A stretch of 32,684 nucleotides of DNA from a virus (taxonomy: Duplodnaviria > Caudoviricetes). The position numbers and the translations under genes are program-made. Numbering within the stretch: the stretch's first letter is position 1; each line of letters starts with the position of its first letter. Where the stretch lies: positions 1-32,684 of IMG/VR virus record IMGVR_UViG_3300049859_000106, one strand, 5' to 3'. The notes under the pieces are model-generated. The model did no database searches. It had not been told where the DNA came from and saw only the letters and a program-made list of their open reading frames with translations. Of the stretch, positions 18,851 to 26,962 are shown piece after piece.

Positions 18851-19078
18851 ATGCCCGATGGAAACGCAAACCCGATCAACACACCTTGGCTCGCTATGCG
18901 GCTCGCCAGCGGCCTTTCACAGCGCGAAGTCGAGCGCCGCCTTGGGTGGGAGAAGCGTGGTCATCTGAGCCTCATCGAGCGCGGCATCCCGCCGTCATCG
19001 GAACAGGCTCGGCAACTCAAGGCGCTGTACGCCGTGCTTCTCATGGGCGAAGACCGCAGTCAGGGAGACGTCGCATGA
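18851..19078 (+). CDS. XRE/Cro-like HTH regulator
   Basis: LAMRLASGLSQREVERRLG...HLSLIERG; first gene after the promoter. Confidence 0.85.
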   Translation: MPDGNANPINTPWLAMRLASGLSQREVERRLGWEKRGHLSLIERGIPPSSEQARQLKALYAVLLMGEDRSQGDVA

Positions 19079-19278
19079 CTCGCCAAGTCCTTCTCCGCCA
19101 ACTGGCCCGCGCCCGCGAGATCGGGGACCGCGCCGCCATCACGATGCTGCTGGCCCGCATCCGGGCCGAGGAGCGCCGGAACACGGCCGCCGCCCTGTCC
19201 GCCCGTCCTGGTGGCTTGGCGGGCCGCGTGGGGCCGCTCTGCGAGCTGGAGCTGCGCTGGCTGCACGGCGACAGGTAG
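19075..19278 (+). CDS. Hypothetical protein (67 aa)
   Basis: GGGAG RBS and ATGA overlap; MTRQVLLRQ...LHGDR. Confidence 0.6.
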   Translation: MTRQVLLRQLARAREIGDRAAITMLLARIRAEERRNTAAALSARPGGLAGRVGPLCELELRWLHGDR

Positions 19279-19309
19279 AAGCCGGGCGGCGGCCCGGAGA
19301 GGGAGAGAC

Positions 19310-19402
19310 ATGGGAGTCCTGACGTTTGGCCTCATGGCCGCCGTCTTGTTCGCCGCCTCGGCGTTCGTCGGCGTCCTCCTCGAATGGCGTCGGCCCTCGT
19401 GA
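19310..19402 (+). CDS. 30-aa single-TM protein
   Basis: GGAGAGGGAG RBS; MGVLTFGLMAAVLFAASAFVGVLLEWRRPS; GTGA overlap with next gene. Confidence 0.6.
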   Translation: MGVLTFGLMAAVLFAASAFVGVLLEWRRPS

Positions 19403-20250
19403 GCGGCCCGAAGGCGGCCACAACCACCTCGAAGGGCCGGACCTACGGCCTCGAGCTTCCCCCGCCCGACGGCATGAAGTCGCTCTGGAGCGTCACGACG
19501 CTGATCAGCGGCGGGAAGCCGAAGCCGGCGCTGCTGCCCTGGGGCATCAAGGCGACGGCCGAGTACGCGGTCGCGAACGCCGACCGCCTGTACGCGATGG
19601 TGAAGGCCGCCGGCGGCGACCCGGACGCGCTGGCCGGCGTCGTCGGCTGGCTCAAGGGCGCGCCGTACCGGGAGCGGGAGAAGAAGGCCGACCTCGGCAC
19701 GCTGTTCCACGAGATCGCCGAGGCGCACGCGCTCGCCAGGCCGCGCCCGCTCGTCACGCCCGACGTCGTGCCCCTGGTCGTCCAGTTCGAGCGGTTCCTC
19801 GCCGACTGGCGCCCCGAGTACGAGCTCGCCGAGGCGACGGTCTACCACGTGAAGGAGAGCTACGCCGGGACCCTGGATGGGATCGCCCTGATGGGCCACC
19901 CGGCCAGGCGCCTGCTCCTGGACTACAAGACCGGGAAGGACGTCTACGACGAGGTCGCGCTCCAGCTGGCGGCCTACGCCAGGGCCGAGGGCGTGTACCT
20001 GGGCCCGGGCAACGTCGCCCCGATGCCGGCCGTCGACGGCGCGGTCGTCATCCACGTCACGGCCGAGGGCTACCGCGTCGTGCCGGTGGACATCGGGGAC
20101 GACGTGTGGCGGAGCTTTCGATACGTGCGGGAGGTGTTCAGGTACCAGGACTCCCTCGCGAAGGGGGTCCTCGGCGAACCGCTCTCGATCCCGATCTTCC
20201 CCGTCGCCGAGGCCCGGCGCCGACGAACGCGAAAGGCGGCCGCAGCATGA
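19399..20250 (+). CDS. PD-(D/E)XK exonuclease (RecE/RecB-like recombination nuclease)
   Basis: SVTTLI, GTLFH, YAGTLD, LLDYKTGK, LQLAAYA motifs; alternative ATG start at 19384. Confidence 0.88.
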   Translation: MSGPKAATTTSKGRTYGLELPPPDGMKSLWSVTTLISGGKPKPALLPWGIKATAEYAVANADRLYAMVKAAGGDPDALAGVVGWLKGAPYREREKKADLGTLFHEIAEAHALARPRPLVTPDVVPLVVQFERFLADWRPEYELAEATVYHVKESYAGTLDGIALMGHPARRLLLDYKTGKDVYDEVALQLAAYARAEGVYLGPGNVAPMPAVDGAVVIHVTAEGYRVVPVDIGDDVWRSFRYVREVFRYQDSLAKGVLGEPLSIPIFPVAEARRRRTRKAAAA

Positions 20251-20843
20251 GCCTGCCGAAGACGTTCTGCAGGCTCCCTGGCTGCGACCGGCCCCATCGG
20301 GGCGGCGGATTCTGCAGCCTCCACTACCAGCGCGTTCGCAATCACGGAACGACCGACCTGGCCCCGCGCCCGCTGAGGCTCCCGGCGGCATGCTCCATTG
20401 AGGACTGCGGCCGCTCGGTTCTTGCGCGTGGGTTCTGCAGCCTGCACCTCGAGCGCGTGTACACCCACGGAGACCCCCTCGTCACACTGCTCGTGCGCCA
20501 ACACGGCGAGACGTGCTCGATCGAGGGTTGTGGGCGACCCTACAACCGCAAGGGCCTGTGCCGGACACATGCCGATCGCCAGGCGGCCCACGGGTCAGCG
20601 ACGATCGCCGACTCACTCGCCGCCGCGCAAGGCGGCTGCTGCTCGATCTGCGGGCGCCCACCACGCGGCCGCGGACACGAGGCGCGCCTTCACCTGGACC
20701 ACGACCATCGAACCGGGTCACGCCGGGGGATGCTCTGCGGCCCCTGCAACAAGGCTCTCGGCCTCCTCGATGAGAACCCCGCCTACCTCTGGGCGGCGCT
20801 CGGATACCTCGCCCGGCACGCGCGCGTGGAGGCGGTCTCATGA
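20247..20843 (+). CDS. Endonuclease VII-family nuclease with three N-terminal CCCH repeats
   Basis: QGGCCSICG...LHLDHDHRTGSRRGMLCGPCNKALG; three C-x4-C-x9-C-x2-H units. Confidence 0.88.
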   Translation: MSLPKTFCRLPGCDRPHRGGGFCSLHYQRVRNHGTTDLAPRPLRLPAACSIEDCGRSVLARGFCSLHLERVYTHGDPLVTLLVRQHGETCSIEGCGRPYNRKGLCRTHADRQAAHGSATIADSLAAAQGGCCSICGRPPRGRGHEARLHLDHDHRTGSRRGMLCGPCNKALGLLDENPAYLWAALGYLARHARVEAVS

Positions 20844-21946
20844 GCCCGATCGTCGACATCCAGCGCCAGCTCGTCGAGCTCGGCCGCATCCGCACCGGCG
20901 ACCAGGTCGAGTTCCAGGACGGCAGCGGCACCACGAAGCGCCGGCCGCGGAAGCTCGAGACGTTCCGGCTGACGTCGGCCAGCCGCGAGCTCGTGGCGGC
21001 CGCGGCCGCGCTCTACGGCGGCGAGCCGCGAGCGTGGGGCGATCAGTGGGAGGTTGTCGTCACCGCGGAGTCGATCCCGGTGATGCTGCCGCCCGGCCAG
21101 GCGCTCAGCCAGTGGTACGAGCTCTGGTCCGGAGGCGGGTGTCAGCGTAGGTGCGACGGCGCGCGGCAGGTCCTCGTTGACGAGCCGTGCGTCTGCCCGC
21201 CCGACAAGGCCGAGCGGGCACAGCTGGCGAGCCGCGGTGCGGCGTGCAAGCCGACCACCCGCGTCAACCTCATCCTCCCGGAGCTCCCCGGGCTCGGCGT
21301 CTGGCGAATCGAGAGCCACGGCTACTACGCCGCGATGGAGCTCGCCGGAGCCGCCGAGTACCTCTCGATGGCGACCTCGGTCGGGCACCGCATCCCGGCC
21401 CGCCTCCGCTTGGTGAAGCGCCAGGTGAAGCGGCCGACGATTGGGAAGGACGGCAAGGCGACCGTCCAGACGCGCAACTTCGCCGTCCCGACGATCGACC
21501 TCGAGGTCCGGATCGCCGACCTCCTCGCCGGCGAGATCCCGGCGCCGGCGGCGCCGTCGGTCGCGCCCGCCCTGCCGTCCGGGCCCGTCAACCGCCGCGA
21601 GCGCGTGGCACGCCCGGCCCTGCCGTCCGGGACGCCACTGCCCGAGGAGGCGCAGCTGGTGCGCGAGGTCCGGCCGGAGCTGCCGCCCCCGCCGCCGATC
21701 GAGGAGGCGCCGGTCGTCGGCCAGGTCGTCGAGGCTCCGGCTGGGCCCGGCCTGTCCGCCTCGGCCCTCGCCACCCTGGCCCGCGGCGCGTTCAAGACGA
21801 AGGGCGCCCTGGCCGACGCCCTCAACTCCATCGGGCACCCGGTCGCGTCGTCGCTCGAGGTGACCGCGGCCGTGACGTCCCTCACAGATGCCGAGCGCGG
21901 CCGCCTGGCGACGGAGCTCAACCTCGACTGGCGAGGTCCCGCGTGA
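20840..21946 (+). CDS. phiC31 gp3-like (recombination directionality factor-like) protein with Pro-rich C-terminal half
   Basis: ELGRIRTG, FRLTS, YGGEP, WYELWSGGGCQRRCDG, CKPTTR, LGVWRIESHGYYAAMEL; family recalled from memory. Confidence 0.7.
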   Translation: MSPIVDIQRQLVELGRIRTGDQVEFQDGSGTTKRRPRKLETFRLTSASRELVAAAAALYGGEPRAWGDQWEVVVTAESIPVMLPPGQALSQWYELWSGGGCQRRCDGARQVLVDEPCVCPPDKAERAQLASRGAACKPTTRVNLILPELPGLGVWRIESHGYYAAMELAGAAEYLSMATSVGHRIPARLRLVKRQVKRPTIGKDGKATVQTRNFAVPTIDLEVRIADLLAGEIPAPAAPSVAPALPSGPVNRRERVARPALPSGTPLPEEAQLVREVRPELPPPPPIEEAPVVGQVVEAPAGPGLSASALATLARGAFKTKGALADALNSIGHPVASSLEVTAAVTSLTDAERGRLATELNLDWRGPA

Positions 21947-22485
21947 ACGCTCAGACCTGCCCCATCTGCGGGCGCGAGTTCGTCCCCAATCGGCACAAGA
22001 CTCAACGGACCTGCTCGATCGCCTGCGGGCGCACTGGCGACCCCTCCGAGCGTTTCTGGCCCAAGGTCGATCGGTCAGGTGGTCCGGGCGCCTGCTGGCC
22101 GTGGCTGGGCGCTCTGAACACGGACGGCTACGGGAATGTCGGCTCCGGATCGCGTTCGCTGAAGGCGCACCGCCAAGCGTGGACCCTCGCGAACGGCCCA
22201 ATCCCCACTGGACTCCACGTTCTCCATCGCTGCGACAACCCGCCCTGCTGCAACCCAGGCCACCTCTTCCTCGGGAGCCACGCCGAGAACATGGCCGACA
22301 TGGTGCGGAAGGGCAGAGACGGCAACCGTCGCCTGAGCGAAGCGGACGTGCTCGAGGCTCGAGCGCTCCGCACTGAGGGATGGACGTTCCAGGCGATCGC
22401 CGACCGACTGGGCGTCTCGAGGGCCGGGGCCTTCTACGCGGTCAAGGGCGCCACCTGGCAGCACGTGAAAGGAGCAACCGCGTGA
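21943..22485 (+). CDS. HNH endonuclease with N-terminal Zn finger and C-terminal HTH
   Basis: RFWPKV, CWPW, GYG, AHRQAW, VLHRCDNPPCCNPGHLFLGSHAENMADM; TFQAIADRLGVSR. Confidence 0.92.
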   Translation: MNAQTCPICGREFVPNRHKTQRTCSIACGRTGDPSERFWPKVDRSGGPGACWPWLGALNTDGYGNVGSGSRSLKAHRQAWTLANGPIPTGLHVLHRCDNPPCCNPGHLFLGSHAENMADMVRKGRDGNRRLSEADVLEARALRTEGWTFQAIADRLGVSRAGAFYAVKGATWQHVKGATA

Positions 22486-23054
22486 CGATCTACGAGCCGG
22501 CCGTGACGCCGGAGACAGAGAAGGCGTGGGAGACGAGGCGTCAGTTCCGCGACGACCTCCTGGACTCTCTCCGCGATCGTCTCGCCGAGGTGGGCGAAAC
22601 CGTCGAGAGCGGACCCCTCGAAGGCGTGCATATCGTCACGCGGGCGCAGTGGATGGACGTGATCTACGAGATCAGCAACATCCCCCTGCCGCCGGTCGAC
22701 GATCACACGGCCGAGGTCGTGACCGGAGCCACCGTCCTGGTCTGGGCGAAGTGCCCGCGCTGCCACATCGCGGGAGCGATCGCGCTGACGATCGAGCCGG
22801 AGCTGCGCGTCGACGACGCCTCGGCGGAGCTCCGGCTGCGGGCCAAGGCGAAGCCGCGGACCCACGTCTGCGGGCAGCTCACCATCCCGGTTGGCCCGCC
22901 CGTCGAGGGCCAGGAGAGCTTCGAGCTCGAGGACATCGTCGGGGATGCCGAGTCTGATCCCGAGTTCTGCCCGTGGCCGGGCTGCGAGGGCGAGTCCGGG
23001 CACCAGGGCGCGCACATCACCGCGGTCGACGATGCGCCGGACGGTGTCGCGTGA
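22482..23054 (+). CDS. Hypothetical protein with Cys/His clusters
   Basis: AAAGGAG RBS, GTGA overlaps at both ends; CPRCH, HVCG, CPWPGC...H. Confidence 0.7.
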   Translation: MTIYEPAVTPETEKAWETRRQFRDDLLDSLRDRLAEVGETVESGPLEGVHIVTRAQWMDVIYEISNIPLPPVDDHTAEVVTGATVLVWAKCPRCHIAGAIALTIEPELRVDDASAELRLRAKAKPRTHVCGQLTIPVGPPVEGQESFELEDIVGDAESDPEFCPWPGCEGESGHQGAHITAVDDAPDGVA

Positions 23055-23422
23055 ACGCCACCACGAACGGCCCGCGCATCACCTGCGAGCACATCGCCGC
23101 GGTCCTGGAGGCGCTGACGTCCGTCGGCGCATCCGAACAGCGCGGTGCCCTGACGAAGGCCGGCCTGTCGCTCATGACCGGGCTCCCGTCACGCGTCGTC
23201 GAGGGCACCGTCGAGGTGATCCGGCGCGACAGCATCGCGCTCGTGGCGTCGGGCCCCGATGGCTACTGGCTGCCCGCCACGCTCGAAGAGGCCGAGGCGA
23301 ACGTCGAGCGACGCCACTCGCGTGCGCTGACTCAGCTCACGACCATCGGCGGGGAGCGCACCCTGATAAGGCGCCTGCGAGATGCCGAGGCCCTGACGCT
23401 CCACCTGGACGTGGCGTCATGA
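23051..23422 (+). CDS. Putative winged-HTH protein
   Basis: LSLMTGLPSRVVEGTVEVIR...VASGPDGYWL pattern; coupled at both ends. Confidence 0.6.
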   Translation: MNATTNGPRITCEHIAAVLEALTSVGASEQRGALTKAGLSLMTGLPSRVVEGTVEVIRRDSIALVASGPDGYWLPATLEEAEANVERRHSRALTQLTTIGGERTLIRRLRDAEALTLHLDVAS

Positions 23423-23859
23423 GGATGCAGGTCTGTCCCACCTGTGGACGAGAGTTTCACCCCGTCAATCAGGACCAGCGGGCATGTTCGCGATCCTGCC
23501 GTCGCGTCCCACCTGACCGGTTCTGGGCTCGCGTGGACCAGACCGGCGGCGGCCAGGCGTGTTGGCCGTGGACCGGGCCGCTGGACGCCCACGGATACGG
23601 TCACGCCCTAGTGGGCTCCGTCTGGAAGGCCCACCGCGTCGCGTGGACGTTGGCGAACGGGCCGATCCCGGCGGGGATGCACGTCCTGCACACGTGCGAC
23701 AACCCGCCGTGCTGCAACCCCGGCCACCTGTGGCTCGGAACACAGGCCGACAACATGGCCGACATGGCCCGGAAGGGCCGCACGAGCAACCAGTTCCTCC
23801 GGCGCCTCCGCGACGCCGAGGCAGTCCCGAACCCAACGCTGTGGGCGGTGGCGTCGTGA
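23419..23859 (+). CDS. HNH endonuclease, paralogue of 21943-22485
   Basis: CPTCGREF, RFWARV, CWPW, AHRVAW, VLHTCDNPPCCNPGHLWLGTQADNMADM. Confidence 0.92.
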   Translation: MRMQVCPTCGREFHPVNQDQRACSRSCRRVPPDRFWARVDQTGGGQACWPWTGPLDAHGYGHALVGSVWKAHRVAWTLANGPIPAGMHVLHTCDNPPCCNPGHLWLGTQADNMADMARKGRTSNQFLRRLRDAEAVPNPTLWAVAS

Positions 23860-23881
23860 CGACCCCGCTGCGCCCCTGCGG
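23853..23881 (+). repeat. 29-nt direct repeat, copy 1 (28/29 identical to 26786-26814)
   Basis: gtcgtgacgAccccgctgcgcccctgcgg. Confidence 0.85.
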
Positions 23882-24023
23882 CCGGGAGCGCTGCCGACTC
23901 TGTAACCCGCAGCCCATCCACGACGAGCCGCGGGACACCCTGCCGATGCTCCTGCTCTCGGCGGCCATGCTCGTCGCGGCGTGCATCTTGGCGTTCGTGC
24001 TTCTGCCGGTGCTGGTGCTGTGA
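23856..24023 (+). CDS. Small Cys-cluster single-TM protein (55 aa), copy 1
   Basis: PLRPCGRERCRLCNP plus hydrophobic tail; GTGA coupling; paralogue at 26789-26962. Confidence 0.7.
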   Translation: MTTPLRPCGRERCRLCNPQPIHDEPRDTLPMLLLSAAMLVAACILAFVLLPVLVL

Positions 24024-25414
24024 GCGAGTACGCGGCGTTCCTCGATCACAAGACGCAGGCGGGTGCCGACACCGGGTTCGAGCCCGTGTGGATGCCGTCG
24101 TTCCTGTTCGACTTCCAAGCCGCGCTCGTGGAGTGGGCCGTCCGCAAGGGTCGCGCTGCCATCTTCGCGGACTGCGGCCTTGGTAAGACGCCCATGCAGC
24201 TCGTGTGGGCCGAGAACGTGGCCGAGAAGACGGGCCAACGGGCGCTGATCCTGACCCCGCTCGCCGTTGCATGGCAGACGGTCGAAGAGGCCGCGAAGTT
24301 CAACTTGGAGGCGCACTACTCGAAGGACGGCCGGCCGGCTCCGGGCGGCATCACCGTTACGAACTACGAGCGGCTGCACCTGTTCGACCCGGCCGACTAC
24401 GGGGCCGTCGTCTGTGACGAGTCCAGCATCCTCAAATCGTTCGACGGCCAGCGGCGGGGCGAGATCACCGCGTTCATGCGGAAGATGCCCTACCGCCTGC
24501 TCTGCACGGCCACGGCCGCCCCGAACGATTACACCGAGCTGGGCACGTCCTCCGAGGCGCTCGGCTACCTCGGTCACATGGACATGCTCAATCGGTTCTT
24601 CGTGAACCAGAACCAGACGAGCGACACGAAAGGCCACTGGAAGGGCCACGGCGCACCGCGCATGTGGGAGATGAAACAGTGGCGGTTCAAGGGGCACGCC
24701 GAGGATCCGTTCTGGCGCTGGCTGTCCTCATGGGCGCGGGCGCTGCGTCGGCCATCCGACTACGGGTTCGAGGATGACGGGTTCCGCCTGCCGCCTCTCT
24801 CGCACCGCGTCCATGTCATCGAGGCTCGCACGCGGGCTGAGGGCACCCTGTTCGATCTTCCGGCGATCGGGTTGCGCGAAGAGCGCGACGAACTACACCG
24901 GACGGTCGGCGAGCGCACGGAGGCTGTGGCCGAACTCGTCCGTACCGACAAGTCAGCCGTCGTGTGGTGCCACCTGAACGAAGAGGGACACCGGCTTGCC
25001 CGCCTGATCCCCGATGCGGTACAGGTGAGCGGGGCTGACTCACTGGACGCCAAGGAAGAGGCGTTCCACGCGTTCTCGAAGGGCGAGGTCCGCGTCCTGA
25101 TCACGAAGCCGAAGATCGGTGCGTGGGGGCTGAACTGGCAGCACTGCGCCCACATGACGTTCTTCCCGAGCCACAGCTATGAGCAGTACTACCAGGCGGT
25201 TCGGCGCTCGTGGCGGTTCGGCCAGAAGTCTCCGGTCACGGTGGACATCGTGACCACTGAGGGCGGGCGGAACGCGCTCGACAACCTCAAGCGAAAGGCT
25301 GACCAGGCGGATCGCATGTTCGATCGCCTCGTGGCCCACATGTCCGACGCGCTCCACATCGAACGTGCGGCTGCGCCGACGAAGGCGGTGGAGGTTCCGG
25401 CATGGCTGTCCTAG
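24020..25414 (+). CDS. SF2 (SNF2/DEAD-like) helicase
   Basis: LFDFQ, ADCGLGKT, TNYERL, VCDESS, CTATAAPND, GLNWQHC, YYQAVRRSWRFGQ. Confidence 0.92.
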   Translation: MSEYAAFLDHKTQAGADTGFEPVWMPSFLFDFQAALVEWAVRKGRAAIFADCGLGKTPMQLVWAENVAEKTGQRALILTPLAVAWQTVEEAAKFNLEAHYSKDGRPAPGGITVTNYERLHLFDPADYGAVVCDESSILKSFDGQRRGEITAFMRKMPYRLLCTATAAPNDYTELGTSSEALGYLGHMDMLNRFFVNQNQTSDTKGHWKGHGAPRMWEMKQWRFKGHAEDPFWRWLSSWARALRRPSDYGFEDDGFRLPPLSHRVHVIEARTRAEGTLFDLPAIGLREERDELHRTVGERTEAVAELVRTDKSAVVWCHLNEEGHRLARLIPDAVQVSGADSLDAKEEAFHAFSKGEVRVLITKPKIGAWGLNWQHCAHMTFFPSHSYEQYYQAVRRSWRFGQKSPVTVDIVTTEGGRNALDNLKRKADQADRMFDRLVAHMSDALHIERAAAPTKAVEVPAWLS

Positions 25415-26415
25415 ACCAGCGCATCACGGATCGGTACGCGCTCTATAACGGCGACTGCATGGAGGTCATGGGCGACCTACCGGCCGACTCCATCCACCTG
25501 TCGGTCTACTCGCCTCCGTTCGCCGGGCTCTACGTCTACAGCTCGAGCGAACACGACCTGTCCAACTCGCAGGACTACGACGAGTTTTTCCGGCACTACG
25601 CCTTCGTGGTGCAGGAGCTCCACCGGATCACGATGCCGGGCCGGATGACGCTCGTCCACTGCATGGACGTGCCGACCTCGAACACCGGTAAGGGCGACGC
25701 GCTCTCCGACTTCCCGGGCGACATCATCCGCCAGCATCGGCGTCTCGGATGGGACTACGTGGCCCGCTACCACGTCTGGAAGGAACCGCTGACCGTCCGC
25801 AACCGCACGATGACCAAGGCGCTCGCCCACAAGACGATTGTGGATGACTCGTCGCGGTGCTCGGCCGCGTCGGCTGACTACCTCCTGGCCTTCCGCAAGC
25901 GTGGCGAGAACCCCGTCCCGATCGCGCACCCGCACGGGCTGATGGAATACGCGGGCGCTCGCCAGATCCCGGCCGACCTCCTGCACTACCGAGGTTGGCA
26001 GGGCAAGCAGACCGAGAACCGCTACTCGCACTGGATCTGGCGACAGTACGCCTCGGCATTCTGGGACGACGTGCGCCTCGATCGCGTCCTGCCGTTCAAG
26101 CGCGCGCGGGACGAAGAGGATGAGAAGCACATCCATCCGCTCCAGCTGGACGTAATCGACCGCGCGGTCGTGCTCTGGTCAAACCCCGGCGAGCGAGTGT
26201 TCACCCCGTTTATGGGCGTGGGCTCTGAGGTCTACGGGGCGGTCCGGGCTGGGCGCCTCGGAGTGGGCGTCGAGTTGAAACCGTCCTACTACCGGCAGGC
26301 CGTCCGAAACATGGAAGCGGCGGCTAACGACGGGCTGGCCGACTCCTGGCTTGACGTGTCCATTCACGAAGCGATGGATGGCGGGCCGGGCGGTTCTATG
26401 GACGACGAGGCGTGA
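25402..26415 (+). CDS. DNA amino-methyltransferase (N4-C/N6-A, beta class)
   Basis: NGDCMEV, catalytic SPPF ahead of SAM-binding FTPFMGVGS, KHIHPLQLD, GVELK; GGAGG RBS. Confidence 0.9.
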   Translation: MAVLDQRITDRYALYNGDCMEVMGDLPADSIHLSVYSPPFAGLYVYSSSEHDLSNSQDYDEFFRHYAFVVQELHRITMPGRMTLVHCMDVPTSNTGKGDALSDFPGDIIRQHRRLGWDYVARYHVWKEPLTVRNRTMTKALAHKTIVDDSSRCSAASADYLLAFRKRGENPVPIAHPHGLMEYAGARQIPADLLHYRGWQGKQTENRYSHWIWRQYASAFWDDVRLDRVLPFKRARDEEDEKHIHPLQLDVIDRAVVLWSNPGERVFTPFMGVGSEVYGAVRAGRLGVGVELKPSYYRQAVRNMEAAANDGLADSWLDVSIHEAMDGGPGGSMDDEA

Positions 26416-26744
26416 AACCAGCTTGCATGACCGACGACGAATACGCGATCTGGCAGGCGGCCAACCTCGCCGTTCGCGGCATGGACAAGGCCGAGTCTCC
26501 CTGCCGCGATTGCCTGCCCCTCTTTCACGCCGACATGACCGACGGCGGGATGTGCGACGGCATCCCAGGCAGGCGCCGGCGCGACGAGACGCCGGAACGC
26601 TGGCGGCTCCTGAGCTACTCCGAGCTGCAGGCCGTCCGCCGCACCTACCCGCACGTCGGCGGGCCGAGGGAGTTGACGGTCGCCCTGACGCGGGCCCGTT
26701 GGCGCGAGTACCAGCAGCGGCGACGGGACGCCGTGACGGCATGA
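26412..26744 (+). CDS. Four-Cys domain protein, paralogue A
   Basis: PACMTDDEYAIWQAAN...PCRDC...MCDGIP; coupled by GTGA and ATGA. Confidence 0.7.
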   Translation: MKPACMTDDEYAIWQAANLAVRGMDKAESPCRDCLPLFHADMTDGGMCDGIPGRRRRDETPERWRLLSYSELQAVRRTYPHVGGPRELTVALTRARWREYQQRRRDAVTA

Positions 26745-26962
26745 GCTGGGCCAACCTGGACGATCGCCTCCACGCCCACCCGAAGGTCGTGACGCCCCCG
26801 CTGCGCCCCTGCGGAAACCCCCGCTGCCACCTGTGCAACCCCAGGCACTACCCCGTCCGCAACGAGGGCGAGGAGCCCCTGGCCAGCCTATTCCTCGGCG
26901 CCGCGGCCATCGTGCTGCTGCTCGTCTTCGCCTTCGTGCTGCTGCCGGTGATGGTGGCGTGA
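26741..26962 (+). CDS. Chimeric small protein: 16-aa replication-initiator-like stub fused to Cys-cluster TM protein copy 2
   Basis: MSWANLDDRLHAHPKV joined to VTPPLRPCGNPRCHLCNP...FAFVLLPV. Confidence 0.6.
   Translation: MSWANLDDRLHAHPKVVTPPLRPCGNPRCHLCNPRHYPVRNEGEEPLASLFLGAAAIVLLLVFAFVLLPVMVA
26786..26814 (+). repeat. 29-nt direct repeat, copy 2
   Basis: gtcgtgacgCccccgctgcgcccctgcgg. Confidence 0.85.

Noticed and set aside
19282-19297. Hairpin CCGGGC-ggcg-GCCCGG as a terminator
   Set aside because: Only 6 bp, no U-tract, common by chance at this GC content
19399-20250. Cas4 assignment for the nuclease
   Set aside because: Lacks the four Fe-S cysteines; ordinary phage PD-(D/E)XK exonuclease
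10419-23859. Long upstream extensions in the ORF track (10419, 13514, 19326, 21187, 22891)
   Set aside because: Upstream parts are off-frame overlaps of other genes; true starts are the coupled ATG/GTG codons at 11478, 13730, 20247, 21943 and 23419
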